In this document: piece by piece, positions 27,799 to 36,205 of the stretch
How positions within the stretch are numbered: position 1 is the first letter of the stretch
Layout: each line of letters begins with the position of its first letter
DNA from: a virus
Strand: one strand, 5' to 3'
Virus genome (UHGV): UHGV-1333064
DNA length: 40,697 nucleotides
Notes under the pieces: generated by a model
What the model saw: only the letters and a program-made list of their open reading frames with translations
Told to the model about the DNA's origin: nothing
Database searches by the model: none
Program-made: the position numbers and the translations under genes

Positions 27799-28236
27799 TT
27801 ACGCAACCCTCCCGAAGTAATCACCTGAGTAGCGAACTTCACGGAGTTGCACGCCGTTTTGCACAGCAAATGCCTGGCTGTATTCGATGAGACTGGTCAT
27901 GCGACGGATGCCCATCTTCGCAGTGCTTTCCCGGATGGCGCAGAACTCCCCTTCCAGACCCGGCACCACTTCACCAGGCTTACCGGTGGCAATGGCATGG
28001 CCTGAGACATACAGGACTTTCCATGAAGCGAGGTCGCGCGACTTGCCAGCCCATTGCAATTGCTTCGCTGTATCGCCACAGAGAGCGTGGAAGAGGTCGT
28101 TTTGGGCGAGAGTGCGGTCAGCCTCAGAAAACTTCACCACGAGCGGCAGAGCGTCGTTAACAGGCAGCTTCCTGATGTAGTCGATGAGGTTATCGCGAAC
28201 GCGTTCGTCGCGGAGGTAGAAAACAGGCTGTTTCAT
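27799..28236 (-). CDS. ninB: recombination protein NinB
   Basis: Track ORF trimmed to MKQPVFYLRDERVRDNLIDYIRKLP...; strong recalled similarity to lambda NinB (Orf). Confidence 0.8.
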   Translation of the reverse strand: MKQPVFYLRDERVRDNLIDYIRKLPVNDALPLVVKFSEADRTLAQNDLFHALCGDTAKQLQWAGKSRDLASWKVLYVSGHAIATGKPGEVVPGLEGEFCAIRESTAKMGIRRMTSLIEYSQAFAVQNGVQLREVRYSGDYFGRVA

Positions 28237-28449
28237 ACGCCACCTCCGAGAGGTAACGCAGAATACAGAAAATCGCAGGTGCATTTCTGCATCTGTGACA
28301 AGGTGAGGAGTTCAGATTGTGGTCGCATTTAAGTCCCCTTAAATGCGAAGAAGTCTGCCAGGGTTGTTCAGGCCGCTGGCAGATTTATTATGGCTCGTTG
28401 ATAGTGTTTTATCAAACGTTGCTTGACGTTTAGTTATGCGTCGAATGGG

Positions 28450-28785
28450 TTAGGCATCATCCACCTCTGGCTTTTTGAAATTAGCCTCGATGGACTCTCC
28501 TAGGCGCTTTAACCAATCAGCCAGTTTGAGCGCCGCGTCTTCCGGAGTTTTCTGTCCCGGAAAATCAGTGATGATGATGCTGGCTTGATGATTACCAAAC
28601 CCATCTCTGTTTATCACCATTCCCTGCTCAAGCACCGTCTGTTGGTTGCTGTGCTTAACGTAGTAACGAGCCTCAGAGCTTCCAGTGCTGCGCTCTTTGA
28701 CGTAAGAGACAAGCTCCACCTCAGTGGTGATGGTCTTACCACGCTCCGCCTCAAGACGCTGAATTAGCTTAACGAAATCGTTCAT
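28450..28785 (-). CDS. hypothetical protein
   Basis: 111-aa ORF, last gene of a translationally coupled operon (overlaps the upstream gene by 4 nt). Confidence 0.4.
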   Translation of the reverse strand: MNDFVKLIQRLEAERGKTITTEVELVSYVKERSTGSSEARYYVKHSNQQTVLEQGMVINRDGFGNHQASIIITDFPGQKTPEDAALKLADWLKRLGESIEANFKKPEVDDA

Positions 28786-29564
28786 TCGGCCTCCTGCTGC
28801 GGTGCAGCTGCCTGCTCAGCTGCCATAGCCGCATCGATTTGCTCGCGTAATTTAGTCGCGTGATAATCATCCTCTTCATCCGTGATGGTCTGCGACCAGA
28901 AAAGGCTATGGCTTCCGTAAACCATAGGCTCACGAACATCAACGGTTTTCGATACCAGCCAGTCCATGCGGCGTACGTCATCTGGAATCACCGGAGAGTT
29001 GCCACCCTGAACAGTAGGCATATCCGGACCTTTGCGAATCGCCATGGCAAGATCGATTTGGTCGTCGTACAACCAGTCACCTGTTTGCGGATGATTGGCT
29101 TCTGCCAATTGTGCAGCCCACTCCAGGCCGTCTTTGTGTCCTTGCAGATAGTCCAGCGGTAACTCATCACTATTACTTACAGGTTCGGCCTGAAGCATGG
29201 CGGCGCGATAGGCGTTCCAGCCGACAGCTTTTCCGTGTTCAAACGCGCTGTCAAAGTCATCATCAATTTCCATCGCAGCGGGCACAGATACCGGCGCTGG
29301 CGGGGCGGTATAAAACTTCGTCCCCAGCGGAAACAACTTCATCGCTTTTTCTCCCTTAATGATGCGATAAGTTGATTTCCCGCCAAGGTCTACCGTTCCA
29401 TCCATAATAAGGCCGTATCGCTTCTCTGAAACTTCACCAATAGGATCTGCTTCCAGTGATGCCAAAGCAATCCGTGCCACTTCCATTTGTTCGCTACGAG
29501 TAAGCCCGTTTTCAAGCGGATTTTTAATGAACAATTCAATACGTTCTTTGGTAATAGTGCTCAT
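28782..29564 (-). CDS. hypothetical protein (acidic, 260 aa)
   Basis: Long ORF in the coupled operon; no recognisable motif by eye. Confidence 0.45.
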   Translation of the reverse strand: MSTITKERIELFIKNPLENGLTRSEQMEVARIALASLEADPIGEVSEKRYGLIMDGTVDLGGKSTYRIIKGEKAMKLFPLGTKFYTAPPAPVSVPAAMEIDDDFDSAFEHGKAVGWNAYRAAMLQAEPVSNSDELPLDYLQGHKDGLEWAAQLAEANHPQTGDWLYDDQIDLAMAIRKGPDMPTVQGGNSPVIPDDVRRMDWLVSKTVDVREPMVYGSHSLFWSQTITDEEDDYHATKLREQIDAAMAAEQAAAPQQEAE

Positions 29565-29567
29565 GGG

Positions 29568-30002
29568 TTAGTCCTCACCTTTCTGTTGCACTACCGGAAC
29601 CGATAAATCGACGCACCAGGAGATAACGCCGAATTGATCATCGTTCTGCGCTTCACCCCAAACGTAATATTTTGATCCTGGCCGACCCATTGCCGGGTCA
29701 AATACTTCTATGCCGCGTTCTGCCGTTAACGACATCAGAATCTGATGCAGGCCGCCTTTGATGTTCAGTGACGGAACGGTCAGGAAGTAAATAAACCCGT
29801 AAAGCAATTCGGCCTTGCGCTGGCTTCCGTAAAAATACGGGATTTTGTAATAATCCAGCGCGTCGTCGAGCCAGTCTGTTTTGTCGTGGAATTTCTGATG
29901 CCAGCGTTCCACTACCTCATCGACAGGTTGACCGGCAACCATTGCAACGCAGGTAGCCATGCAGGTGTTAAATGTTGGCTGCATTTGATGTTGAAGCATC
30001 AC
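29568..30002 (-). CDS. hypothetical protein with papain/C39-like cysteine peptidase signature (tentative)
   Basis: N-terminal Q..NTCMATCVAMV resembles the catalytic Cys region of C39-type peptidases (Q...CG.AC.AM) and a later GGLHQI could supply the His. By-eye assignment only. Confidence 0.35.
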   Translation of the reverse strand: MMLQHQMQPTFNTCMATCVAMVAGQPVDEVVERWHQKFHDKTDWLDDALDYYKIPYFYGSQRKAELLYGFIYFLTVPSLNIKGGLHQILMSLTAERGIEVFDPAMGRPGSKYYVWGEAQNDDQFGVISWCVDLSVPVVQQKGED

Positions 30003-30712
30003 TCCCCCTTACCGATGCCAGCGGCGCGGTCTATGCGTTCGATTTCAGCCAGAATTAAAGCCCATGCTTTTACCAGGTTGCGACGGCGGGCATTTGGCTT
30101 CCACCATGAAGCATCCCAAGGCCACCCCCACGGCTTGCCACCATTGCGGTTAACAGTTCCTGTTTCGTTTATGTAACAAACCGCCGCCATTGCCAGTTCG
30201 CCGTTGCAGTGCTCGTCATCATGCTCAGGCGTCCATCCCTCAACTGATTGATGGCGTTGACGCTCTGCAATTACTGACTGAACGGCATTGGATAGCGATT
30301 TCACACCCTGCGCACGCACTTCAGCCAGGAAAGCGTCGGTGGCTGGGGTTTTGGCATTCTCCAATAATGCTATTGAATCCTGAGCGTCACAAAGACGTAA
30401 TAGTGCGTCCATTTGCTCGCCATCAGCGTCATAGCTGAATAGACCATGATCATCATGATGTGCTTCCATATTTTCTGAGGCCTGCAGTATTCCAGACTTC
30501 AGCCCAGCATTCTCCACAGCCAGCGCCGCGCACTTGGCCTCAAGGTTATCAATCGTGATTCCAGCAGAACGACACTCCCGCAACGCCGTTTCTAGTTTTG
30601 ATTCAAGTTCACCGAACTTACGGACAAGATATTCAGCGTTTGTTTCGTTAACCTTTAAATCTCGTGGAATGCACTTGCCACGCAGAAAACCTTCCATCTC
30701 AAATAATTTCAT
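29999..30712 (-). CDS. hypothetical protein, Ea22-like (coiled-coil N-terminus, DUF550-like C-terminus)
   Basis: Track ORF trimmed to MKLFEMEGFL (ATGA overlap with the wHTH gene). C-terminal W.PEHDDEHCNGELAMAAVCYI...WPWDASWWKP recalls the Ea22-family C-terminal domain. Confidence 0.45.
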   Translation of the reverse strand: MKLFEMEGFLRGKCIPRDLKVNETNAEYLVRKFGELESKLETALRECRSAGITIDNLEAKCAALAVENAGLKSGILQASENMEAHHDDHGLFSYDADGEQMDALLRLCDAQDSIALLENAKTPATDAFLAEVRAQGVKSLSNAVQSVIAERQRHQSVEGWTPEHDDEHCNGELAMAAVCYINETGTVNRNGGKPWGWPWDASWWKPNARRRNLVKAWALILAEIERIDRAAGIGKGE

Positions 30713-31053
30713 ACCCCTGCCCTCCCCCAAACCATCAATACTCGCTTCATCGCCGCGCTGTTGCGGCACTCCTGGCAGATCACGTTTGCCTCTGTACGCT
30801 GCACCAGCTTCGAATTTCCCTTCGGCATAGCCGGGATTGTTTCTGGTGCGTATTTCATGCCGTAATCGGTCAGCCGATAAAGCCGCTGTCCGTGCTTGCC
30901 TTCGAACTCGATCAAGCCGTCTGCCAGCAGCGTGCTCACCGTTCCGGATATCTTTTTGGTGGTCATGCCGATAAGCCCTGCCAGTTTGGCGTTGTTCAAC
31001 CCTGGGTTGTTGCGCAGGGCTGCCAGCAGTTGCTCACGAATTGTTATGGTCAT
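30709..31053 (-). CDS. winged-helix DNA-binding protein, hypothetical
   Basis: Track ORF trimmed to MTITIREQLLAALRNNPGLNNAKLAGLIGMTTKKISGTV (HTH-like); ATG overlaps the DnaB stop (ATGA). Confidence 0.45.
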   Translation of the reverse strand: MTITIREQLLAALRNNPGLNNAKLAGLIGMTTKKISGTVSTLLADGLIEFEGKHGQRLYRLTDYGMKYAPETIPAMPKGNSKLVQRTEANVICQECRNSAAMKRVLMVWGRAGV

Positions 31054-32489
31054 CAGAACCCCCCTTTCTTTTTCGGCTGCTGCTCGCGCCCGCGGCGTTC
31101 TGCGGCGGCGGCCTGCTGGTCTGTGTCGTAAATTGCCCCGTTGATCTGATTGCAATAAACCGTTCCGGTACTGCCGTGGCGGTTGAGTCGCAGGATTAAC
31201 TCGGTTTCTCCAGGCGGCACGCTGTCATCGAAAGCACCTTCCCGGTGGATGCCAACCCAGTAGTCGCAGTCCTGCTCAATCTGTCCTGTGTCGCGGGAAT
31301 CGCTCGGCAACGGGCGTTTATTCACTCGCTTCTCCAGTTCGCGGTTGAGCTGGGTCAGCAGCACGACGACGCAGGCAAGCTCTTTGGCGAGGTTCTTCAA
31401 CCCTTTGGTGATCATCCCGTAGGCCAGGTCATTACGGTCGGCTTTTTCGGCTGTCATCAGCGTCAGGTAGTCAACCAGGATCATGCCTACGCAGCCCTTC
31501 TCGCGTTTGATTCGGCGGCTTTCGCTAACGATGTGCGCCAGTGACAGTCCCGGAGTGTCGTCGATGTACAGCATGTCGATTTCACTCAGCCGGCCAGCTG
31601 TAGCGATCGCCTTCTTAAAGTCTCCGTCGTAGTCGCCCTGGTACTGGTCATCGGCGTCATCCGTGGCGGGCATGTAAAAAATGCTCGGATTTACGCCGGA
31701 CTTCTGACCAACCAGTTTTTCGAGGATCTGGTAGCCCGGCATTTCAAGGCTGAACATCAGCGCTGGCTTTTTCTCACGAACCGCGCAGTTGATCGCCATC
31801 TGACCGTACAGGGTTGTCTTGCCCATCTTTGGCCTTGCGCCAATCACGAACAGAGAGCCTTTAACCAGACCTTTCGGCGCCAGCAGCCGGTCGAGTGACG
31901 GGATGCCGGTGCTCATGCCGCGCTGTTCGCCTGAAGGGTCAAAGCGTTTCTCCAGATCTGCTACCCAGTCATCCATAACCTCGCCGAACGACCGCAACCC
32001 ACGGCGACTACCGGTTTTTGAATGGTCTGCGAGCTGGGTGAAAATACCCTGAATGGCCTCGTACTTCTGCGTGGCGCTCATGCCATTGCGGGAATACAGC
32101 AGCTCAGTAGCTTCGGTCAGGCGGCTGATACCGTAGCGCTCCATTGCGGCTTCCCGGACTGACGCAGCGTATGCCACGATGTTTGCAGCGCTGGGAGTGT
32201 TCTTGGCTATCTCCGCCAGGTAAGCAAAGCCACCTACCTGCTCAGCGAGTCCTTTTCCTTCAAGCGCGTCGAACAATGTCAGGCCATCGACTGGCTTGTT
32301 GTCGCGGAACATCTGGCGCATCTCGGCAAAGATCAGCTGGTGAGGTCGGCTGTAAAACGACTCAGGCTTGAGCATCGCCAGAACCTTCTGGACTCGCTCG
32401 CTGTTGTCATCATCCAGCAGCAGGCCACCGATAACGCTCTGCTCTGCTTCGAGGTTTTGTGGTACGGCCATGAAATCAGCGGTCATCAC
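31053..32489 (-). CDS. dnaB: replicative DNA helicase, DnaB family
   Basis: 478-aa protein with Walker A (GARPKMGKTT), DnaB-type motifs (LFSLEMP, IDDTPG, LVDYLTLM) and an N-terminal DnaB-like domain (SVIGGLLLD). Confidence 0.9.
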   Translation of the reverse strand: MMTADFMAVPQNLEAEQSVIGGLLLDDDNSERVQKVLAMLKPESFYSRPHQLIFAEMRQMFRDNKPVDGLTLFDALEGKGLAEQVGGFAYLAEIAKNTPSAANIVAYAASVREAAMERYGISRLTEATELLYSRNGMSATQKYEAIQGIFTQLADHSKTGSRRGLRSFGEVMDDWVADLEKRFDPSGEQRGMSTGIPSLDRLLAPKGLVKGSLFVIGARPKMGKTTLYGQMAINCAVREKKPALMFSLEMPGYQILEKLVGQKSGVNPSIFYMPATDDADDQYQGDYDGDFKKAIATAGRLSEIDMLYIDDTPGLSLAHIVSESRRIKREKGCVGMILVDYLTLMTAEKADRNDLAYGMITKGLKNLAKELACVVVLLTQLNRELEKRVNKRPLPSDSRDTGQIEQDCDYWVGIHREGAFDDSVPPGETELILRLNRHGSTGTVYCNQINGAIYDTDQQAAAAERRGREQQPKKKGGF

Positions 32490-33381
32490 GATCCCCCTCG
32501 CGCACTTCGATGTAGAGCTTTTCGGTCAGGAACTTATCGAATTTCATGCGGCGCCAGGTCTTCCCGGATTTCTGGTCTGGTCGGTCTTCAAGCATCCATC
32601 GGCAGTTCTGAGCGATGTAACGCAGATAACTTCTGAAACCGTCCATGTCCATCGGCTTGCCGTCCAGGTTGCGGGCAATTTTGTTAGCCTTACCCCAGAA
32701 TGTGCGGATCAGATTGCGTCGCTCATCAGTGAGGCATCTCCATCCCCTGGCTTCAGGCAGTTCGTCTTTCAGGCATTGCCACACTTCATCGCATGACAAA
32801 CGAGACTTTTTCTCTTCAGCGGGTTTCTGGTCATTTGCGACATACTTACTACCGTTAGGTAGTAAGTTATTTAATATATTGTTATCTGTGGACACTGGCT
32901 GGACATCGGCTGGACACTCCACCTCCACAGGCATTGATATAACTGCGTTTGCGCTGGACACCGGCTGGACATCGGCTGGACAAAAATTTGACTGATATTC
33001 GTCATATTTGACCACTTTTAGAACAGTAAAACGGTTGTTCGATTTGGTGGTGATCATGCCCAGGTTCTGGAATTTACGGAGCAGTGATTTAACGCGATCA
33101 GCGGTCAAACCCGTTTCCATTGCCAGCGTGTTTCGCCCGGTAATGAACTCTCCGCGCTCGCAGATCACATCGCCGACATCAGTAGATACCAGTGTCTGTT
33201 CGTGATTAGCACGCAGGAGCATGTGAACCCATAAATGAGCCGCCTCAGCGTCCTTGTAGAACGGCACATCCATAATTTTACGGTGCAGCAAGGCAAACCC
33301 CTTACCGTCATTCGTGCGCGGTTTCTGGAGCCTTCTGGCCTCTCTGGCTTCGGCTAAATTGGATACGTTACCCACGGCCAC
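32476..33381 (-). CDS. replication initiator, lambda O-like, with internal origin repeats
   Basis: 301-aa ORF immediately upstream of DnaB; contains iteron DNA that produces the repeated peptide PADVQPVS, as lambda O contains ori-lambda. Confidence 0.6.
   Translation of the reverse strand: MAVGNVSNLAEAREARRLQKPRTNDGKGFALLHRKIMDVPFYKDAEAAHLWVHMLLRANHEQTLVSTDVGDVICERGEFITGRNTLAMETGLTADRVKSLLRKFQNLGMITTKSNNRFTVLKVVKYDEYQSNFCPADVQPVSSANAVISMPVEVECPADVQPVSTDNNILNNLLPNGSKYVANDQKPAEEKKSRLSCDEVWQCLKDELPEARGWRCLTDERRNLIRTFWGKANKIARNLDGKPMDMDGFRSYLRYIAQNCRWMLEDRPDQKSGKTWRRMKFDKFLTEKLYIEVREGDRDDR
32886..33030. repeat. candidate origin of replication: six GGCTGGACA iterons in two triplets plus an AT-rich tract
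   Basis: TGGACA repeats at 32889, 32900, 32911 and 32955, 32966, 32977 (11-bp spacing within each triplet), followed by AAAAATTTGACTGATATTCGTCATATTTGACCACTTTTAGAACAGTAAAA. Confidence 0.6.
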
Positions 33382-33607
33382 TCTCCTTACGTTTCAGTTC
33401 TTCCAGGATGGCGCGCATCTTCTCTGCCACAATCGGGTTAACCGAGCGGATGAAGCGGTCGCGGGTTATGTTTTTATGTACAGCGGTATGGTAATAGCGT
33501 GGATTTTTTGCCATTATTCCTCCTGCAATGAGTGCACACGATTTGCATCTGAAGGCCAGTTCTGTTCGCGCAGACTGGCTTTCGCCATTTTTGAAACTTC
33601 CCATCAC
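33368..33607 (-). CDS. small hypothetical protein
   Basis: 79-aa ORF, ATGA-coupled to the upstream CII/YdaT-like gene and overlapping the O-like gene start. Confidence 0.35.
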   Translation of the reverse strand: MMGSFKNGESQSARTELAFRCKSCALIAGGIMAKNPRYYHTAVHKNITRDRFIRSVNPIVAEKMRAILEELKRKESGRG

Positions 33608-34146
33608 ATAACCCCCAACATCGAAGTGACCATAGCCATCAGCGGCGCGGTCAGATCCGGGTCGACACGGAACATCTCTACAATCCCCTCACTGAGTTCC
33701 TTGAGCTTCTGGTGACGCGGGGCGTTCATCGCAACGGCCACTTTCGCCTCGCTCGTTTCTTTCTCAAGTCGAGCTAAGCGGGACATAAAACTGTCCTCTG
33801 GAAGAAGTCGATGGCGATACTCCAGCGGCAAAACGGCCATGATTGCGGGCGTCAGCTGGCGCACGTTCTCGCGGTACTGCTCAGAGTCGAAGCGGTTATC
33901 CAGGAAGCGGAACAGCTTCTGGCGCGCCCGGCTGATGTCGTCCGGAAAGCTGATGGCGGTCCCGCCCTGCTCCCGGTATTCGTTGATGATCAGCGCTGAC
34001 ACCACGTCCTGATTATCCAGCGCCGATGACCAGGCACGGACCGCATCGCGGATCTTTTCGTGGTCCGGCGTCGCTTTAGCTTGAGCGCGGTTTATCATCG
34101 CTCCCGGGTGTATTCCGGTATTGTGTTGATACGCAAGTGAATGCAT
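33604..34146 (-). CDS. CII-like / YdaT-family early regulator candidate
   Basis: 180-aa ORF directly downstream of the Cro-like gene on the early-right strand; position matches lambda cII / Rac ydaT. Family assignment is from memory. Confidence 0.45.
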   Translation of the reverse strand: MHSLAYQHNTGIHPGAMINRAQAKATPDHEKIRDAVRAWSSALDNQDVVSALIINEYREQGGTAISFPDDISRARQKLFRFLDNRFDSEQYRENVRQLTPAIMAVLPLEYRHRLLPEDSFMSRLARLEKETSEAKVAVAMNAPRHQKLKELSEGIVEMFRVDPDLTAPLMAMVTSMLGVM

Positions 34147-34163
34147 TGCTTTCCCTTTCGTGG

Positions 34164-34397
34164 TTAGGCCGCAGTATCACGCGGCGATGCGAATACCAGG
34201 CTTTCTTTTAGGACCGGAGCCTGGCGGTGAAAATTCTTCGTGCCTTTCTCGATAGCAGATGCCATTTCTGGAGATGCCCGGCGATTTCCGTAGGCGATCT
34301 GGTCCAGGTAACCTGGCGTCGTGTTAGCCAACTTTGCGAGCTGCGCCCATTCGTCGGTAGTGGCGGCCTTGCGCCAGCGGTGTAGTTCAGTGCTCAT
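34164..34397 (-). CDS. Cro/YdaS-like HTH regulator
   Basis: 77-aa ORF divergent from the repressor gene across the operator region; HTH-like segment EWAQLAKLANTTPGYLDQIAYGNRRASPEMASAIEKGT. Confidence 0.6.
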   Translation of the reverse strand: MSTELHRWRKAATTDEWAQLAKLANTTPGYLDQIAYGNRRASPEMASAIEKGTKNFHRQAPVLKESLVFASPRDTAA

Positions 34398-34429
34398 TGG
34401 TGTCTCCGGGTGAGTCGTTTGATTTGGAG

Positions 34430-34495
34430 TTTAGCGTTATGCTAAATACTACGCAAGCATCATTTAGCAATTTGCACATTTATCATTTTGCTAAA
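34430..34495. promoter_or_regulatory. right operator region: three 17-bp operators (6-5-6, half-site TTTAGC) between the divergent cro-like and cI-like genes
   Basis: O1 TTTAGCGTTATGCTAAA (34430-34446, perfect palindrome), O2 TTTAGCAATTTGCACAT (34463-34479), O3 TTTATCATTTTGCTAAA (34479-34495). Confidence 0.6.
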
Positions 34496-34513
34496 AGCAG
34501 TAACAATGCAGGT

Positions 34514-35191
34514 ATGGAAAATAAAGAAATCAGAAAAGCCAACCTGGAAGCGCTGTACGAGAAGCGTCAGCACGAGTCTGGAATGACCAAAGCGCAGTTT
34601 GCCGAGCTCATCGAGACAAGTCCGGCTGCGCTTAGCCAGCTACTGGGACCAAACCCTCATCGCAATATCGGCGATAAGATGGCTCGCAAAATTGAAACTG
34701 CGCTTGATCTGCCTTTTGGCTGGATGGATGTTTTACACGCCAGTGAAGAACCTTCGAACGTTGCATTTCGAGGACTGAACGAGACAAAAGGAAGTTATCC
34801 TGTAATCAGCTGGGTAAGCGCGGGGCAATGGATGGAAGCTGTAGAACCTTATCACCGAAGAGCGATAGATCGCTGGTATGACACGACTGTTGACTGCTCA
34901 GAAGATTCATTCTGGCTGGACGTTAAAGGGGATTCTATGACCTCCCCGGCTGGACTAAGCATACCCGAGGGAGCAGCGATACTTGTTGATCCTGAAGTCG
35001 AGCCGCGCAACGGAAAGCTGGTTGTCGCGAAGCTAGAAGGCGATAACGAAGCGACCTTTAAGAAGCTTGTAATCGATGCCGGCAGACGCTTCCTAAAGCC
35101 CCTTAACCCCGCATATCCAATGCTAGAAATTAATGGAAACTGCAAAATCATCGGCGTTGTGGTTGATGCCAAAATACTAAACATCCCATAA
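34514..35191 (+). CDS. CI-like repressor (N-terminal HTH, C-terminal LexA/S24 autopeptidase domain)
   Basis: Track ORF 34397 (TTG) trimmed to ATG 34514 (MENKEIRKANLEAL). C-terminal region parallels lambda cI (GDSMTSP, ILVDPEVEP, ATFKKLVIDAGRRFLKPLNPAYPM), so the S24 Ser/Lys dyad is likely present. Confidence 0.8.
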   Translation: MENKEIRKANLEALYEKRQHESGMTKAQFAELIETSPAALSQLLGPNPHRNIGDKMARKIETALDLPFGWMDVLHASEEPSNVAFRGLNETKGSYPVISWVSAGQWMEAVEPYHRRAIDRWYDTTVDCSEDSFWLDVKGDSMTSPAGLSIPEGAAILVDPEVEPRNGKLVVAKLEGDNEATFKKLVIDAGRRFLKPLNPAYPMLEINGNCKIIGVVVDAKILNIP

Positions 35192-35210
35192 CCTCACGCA
35201 AAACCCCTCA

Positions 35211-35236
35211 AGCCCGCCATCGCGCGGGCTTTTTTA
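35211..35236 (+). terminator. intrinsic terminator after the repressor gene
   Basis: AGCCCGC-CATCGC-GCGGGCT followed by TTTTT, 20 nt after the repressor stop. Confidence 0.55.
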
Positions 35237-35274
35237 CGTCCCGAATTACTTCGCTGTAAATTTTTAATCGCTTA

Positions 35275-35349
35275 TTAATCAATACGCTAAATAAAACCAT
35301 TCAATAATTTAGCATTTTGCTATTGCGCATAATTTAGCATCACGCTAAA
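35275..35349. promoter_or_regulatory. second operator cluster (left-operator-like): three 17-bp sites with TTTAGC/GCTAAA half-sites
   Basis: TTAATCAATACGCTAAA (35275-35291), TTTAGCATTTTGCTATT (35308-35324), TTTAGCATCACGCTAAA (35333-35349); same 6-5-6 architecture as the 34430-34495 cluster. Confidence 0.5.
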
Positions 35350-35649
35350 TTTACCCCATCGAAACGAAACATCGACAGCTGAGCGAAGTTAGCCAGCGGC
35401 GGACAGCAAGTCGCCTGCTCATTAAGAATTCAGTCAAGCAGCAAATCACCCGGAGCGCTCCTGGCAAATTGAAATGGCGCCCAATGGGATTGAGGCAGGT
35501 GTGTAACGCGTGGCGGGTATAGCACACGAAGAGGACTCCGCACCGGAATGGTTTGCTGCTCAGTTCCCGAACATCGGGGAAGCTTTACCAGCAGCTCTTT
35601 GCGAGGGGCTGACGGCAAATCTACTCCACTTATTTAAAAGAGACGGTAT

Positions 35650-35823
35650 ATGGATAATCAGGATAATGAGTTAAGAAAGGTTGTTCAGGAACTTGCTGAT
35701 GAAGAAGGCATCAGCTTTTCCGATGCCCTAGATGTTTCGATTAAAGCGCTGCGTTATGAGGTAGAGCGCAGAAAATCGTTTAACGGTGAAGCTGCTTGTG
35801 ATGGCTCTGCAATTACTTCTTAG
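35650..35823 (+). CDS. small acidic hypothetical ORF (57 aa), not in the supplied ORF track
   Basis: ATG 35650-35652 to TAG 35821-35823, read by eye; its 3' end overlaps the convergent 92-aa gene by 11 nt. Weak Shine-Dalgarno, so coding status is uncertain. Confidence 0.25.
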   Translation: MDNQDNELRKVVQELADEEGISFSDALDVSIKALRYEVERRKSFNGEAACDGSAITS

Positions 35824-36091
35824 CCAAGTACCAAGAGGTGTCTGCGGCTTCGGAAACCAGTACGTAATAGCTTTGCTTTACACTACTAGCTATACCTCTG
35901 ACTTCCTCTCTAACGTTATATGCAGTTGATGTTTTTACGGTTGTATATTCAGCTGTTGGGAGGTTAAACCAAGTGCCATTACCATCCTGTATCTCACGCG
36001 AATAACCCTTTGCTTTCATCTTTTCATGAAGATTTTCATAGTCTTCAGAATCAGCGCCGCGCAACTCAACTCGAACAATATATCTTGCCAT
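35813..36091 (-). CDS. hypothetical protein (92 aa) at the rexAB-equivalent position
   Basis: Track ORF 35813..36232 trimmed to MARYIVRVELRGADSEDYENLHEKMKAKGY... (ATG 36089-36091) with AGGAA 7 nt upstream. Opposite strand to both cI and the early-left operon. Confidence 0.5.
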   Translation of the reverse strand: MARYIVRVELRGADSEDYENLHEKMKAKGYSREIQDGNGTWFNLPTAEYTTVKTSTAYNVREEVRGIASSVKQSYYVLVSEAADTSWYLAKK

Positions 36092-36106
36092 AAGAAGATT
36101 CCTATA

Positions 36107-36151
36107 TTGACTGTGGAATGAGCAACATATCAGTTTCCTTTGACTGTGGAA
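36107..36151. repeat. two direct 12-bp repeats TTGACTGTGGAA upstream of the 92-aa gene
   Basis: Copies at 36107-36118 and 36140-36151 (33-bp period), 16 nt upstream of the 92-aa gene start; each contains TTGACT. Confidence 0.3.
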
Positions 36152-36205
36152 AGCAAAGGGACACGGGCCGGGCGTGGATAAAAATCCCGGCACCAACCAT
36201 CGCAA

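Noticed and set aside
35430-35618. 62-aa minus-strand ORF in the leader downstream of the left-operator-like cluster
   Set aside because: No SD, Pro/Arg-rich low-complexity product, and isolated on the strand opposite the surrounding transcription; more likely non-coding leader.
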